A DNA stretch of 64,000 bases from a virus: positions 3,761-67,760 of the IMG/VR virus record IMGVR_UViG_3300029994_000005. One strand, given 5' to 3'. The notes under the pieces are model-generated. The model saw only the letters and a list, made by a program, of their open reading frames with translations, did not search any database and was not told where the DNA came from. The translations under genes were made by a program, and so were the position numbers. Of the stretch, positions 63,723-64,000 are shown piece after piece. The number at the start of each line of letters is the position of its first letter. The first letter of the stretch is position 1.

Positions 63723-64000
63723 ATGGCTGCAATCACTGAGCTAACAGATAATCTGGCATACGGAGTCGATGTAAAAAATCGCCGAATCTACTTTGGTGTT
63801 AACTTAGATACAGCAGAGTCCACTGAAGCCACCGACTTTACTTTAGCCTCGGTAGAGATGGCTGTTAGAGCCATGCATAGAATGGCTTCGGATGCACCTA
63901 ATAAACCTATTGAACTACACATGTCTTCGTATGGTGGAGACACGTACGCGATGCTCCGGTTGCACGACGAGATCTTGGCATGCCCATGTCAGGTTCGCTT
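63723..64000 (+). CDS. ClpP-family serine protease, 3'-partial at the window edge
   Basis: RBS gaggaactagttatttATG. The motif IYFG...IELHMSSYGGDTYAMLRLHDEI parallels ClpP (IxLxINSPGGxVxAGxAIYDTM). The strand switches here. Confidence 0.65.
   Translation, partial: MAAITELTDNLAYGVDVKNRRIYFGVNLDTAESTEATDFTLASVEMAVRAMHRMASDAPNKPIELHMSSYGGDTYAMLRLHDEILACPCQVR

Noticed and set aside
1-64000. A prophage or integrated-island interpretation
   Set aside because: There is no integrase, repressor, attachment-site-like direct repeat or host-like flanking gene. The content is uniformly phage structural, metabolic and endonuclease genes, consistent with a virulent phage genome segment.

Overview
The window reads as one contiguous piece of a large, gene-dense phage genome of the tailed, virulent type. 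No integrase, attachment site or host-like flank is visible. All calls below are from reading the sequence and ORF track by eye; no search or fold program was run.

Bases 1-29974 form a plus-strand morphogenesis module. It starts with a terminase large subunit that is 5'-truncated at the window edge, followed by an HNH endonuclease, the portal protein, a P-loop kinase-like protein, a sigma-70 region-4-like HTH protein and a GIY-YIG homing endonuclease. A prohead protease fused to a scaffold-like C-terminus comes next, then an acidic scaffold-like protein, the major capsid protein and a clean rho-independent terminator. After that come thymidylate kinase, a DnaQ-like exonuclease and several endonuclease-VII-type HNH genes. 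Then follows a run of large, partly highly acidic virion proteins and a 1094-aa tail fibre with internal tandem repeats. The module ends with three tandem paralogous glycine-rich proteins.

Bases 29960-63659 are transcribed almost entirely on the minus strand. This half encodes nucleotide-metabolism, host-takeover and auxiliary functions:
- a UDG-superfamily protein, an HNH-like domain fused to dCMP deaminase, and a divergent thymidylate-synthase-fold enzyme;
- peptide deformylase, a PTH2-type peptidyl-tRNA hydrolase and an Nfu-type Fe-S scaffold;
- a NAMPT-like, macro-domain, PRPP-synthetase-like and HD-domain block;
- an SPFH/band-7 protein, HAD and metallophosphatase-type phosphatases, and a MoxR AAA+ / vWA pair;
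- a tightly packed minus-strand tRNA array with encoded CCA ends, split by an HNH gene.

A ClpP-like gene starts on the plus strand at 63723 and runs off the window. At least ten homing-endonuclease-like genes are present, and two of them are visibly frameshifted at simple repeats. tRNA calls other than Asn(GUU) and Ser(UGA) are tentative hand folds.
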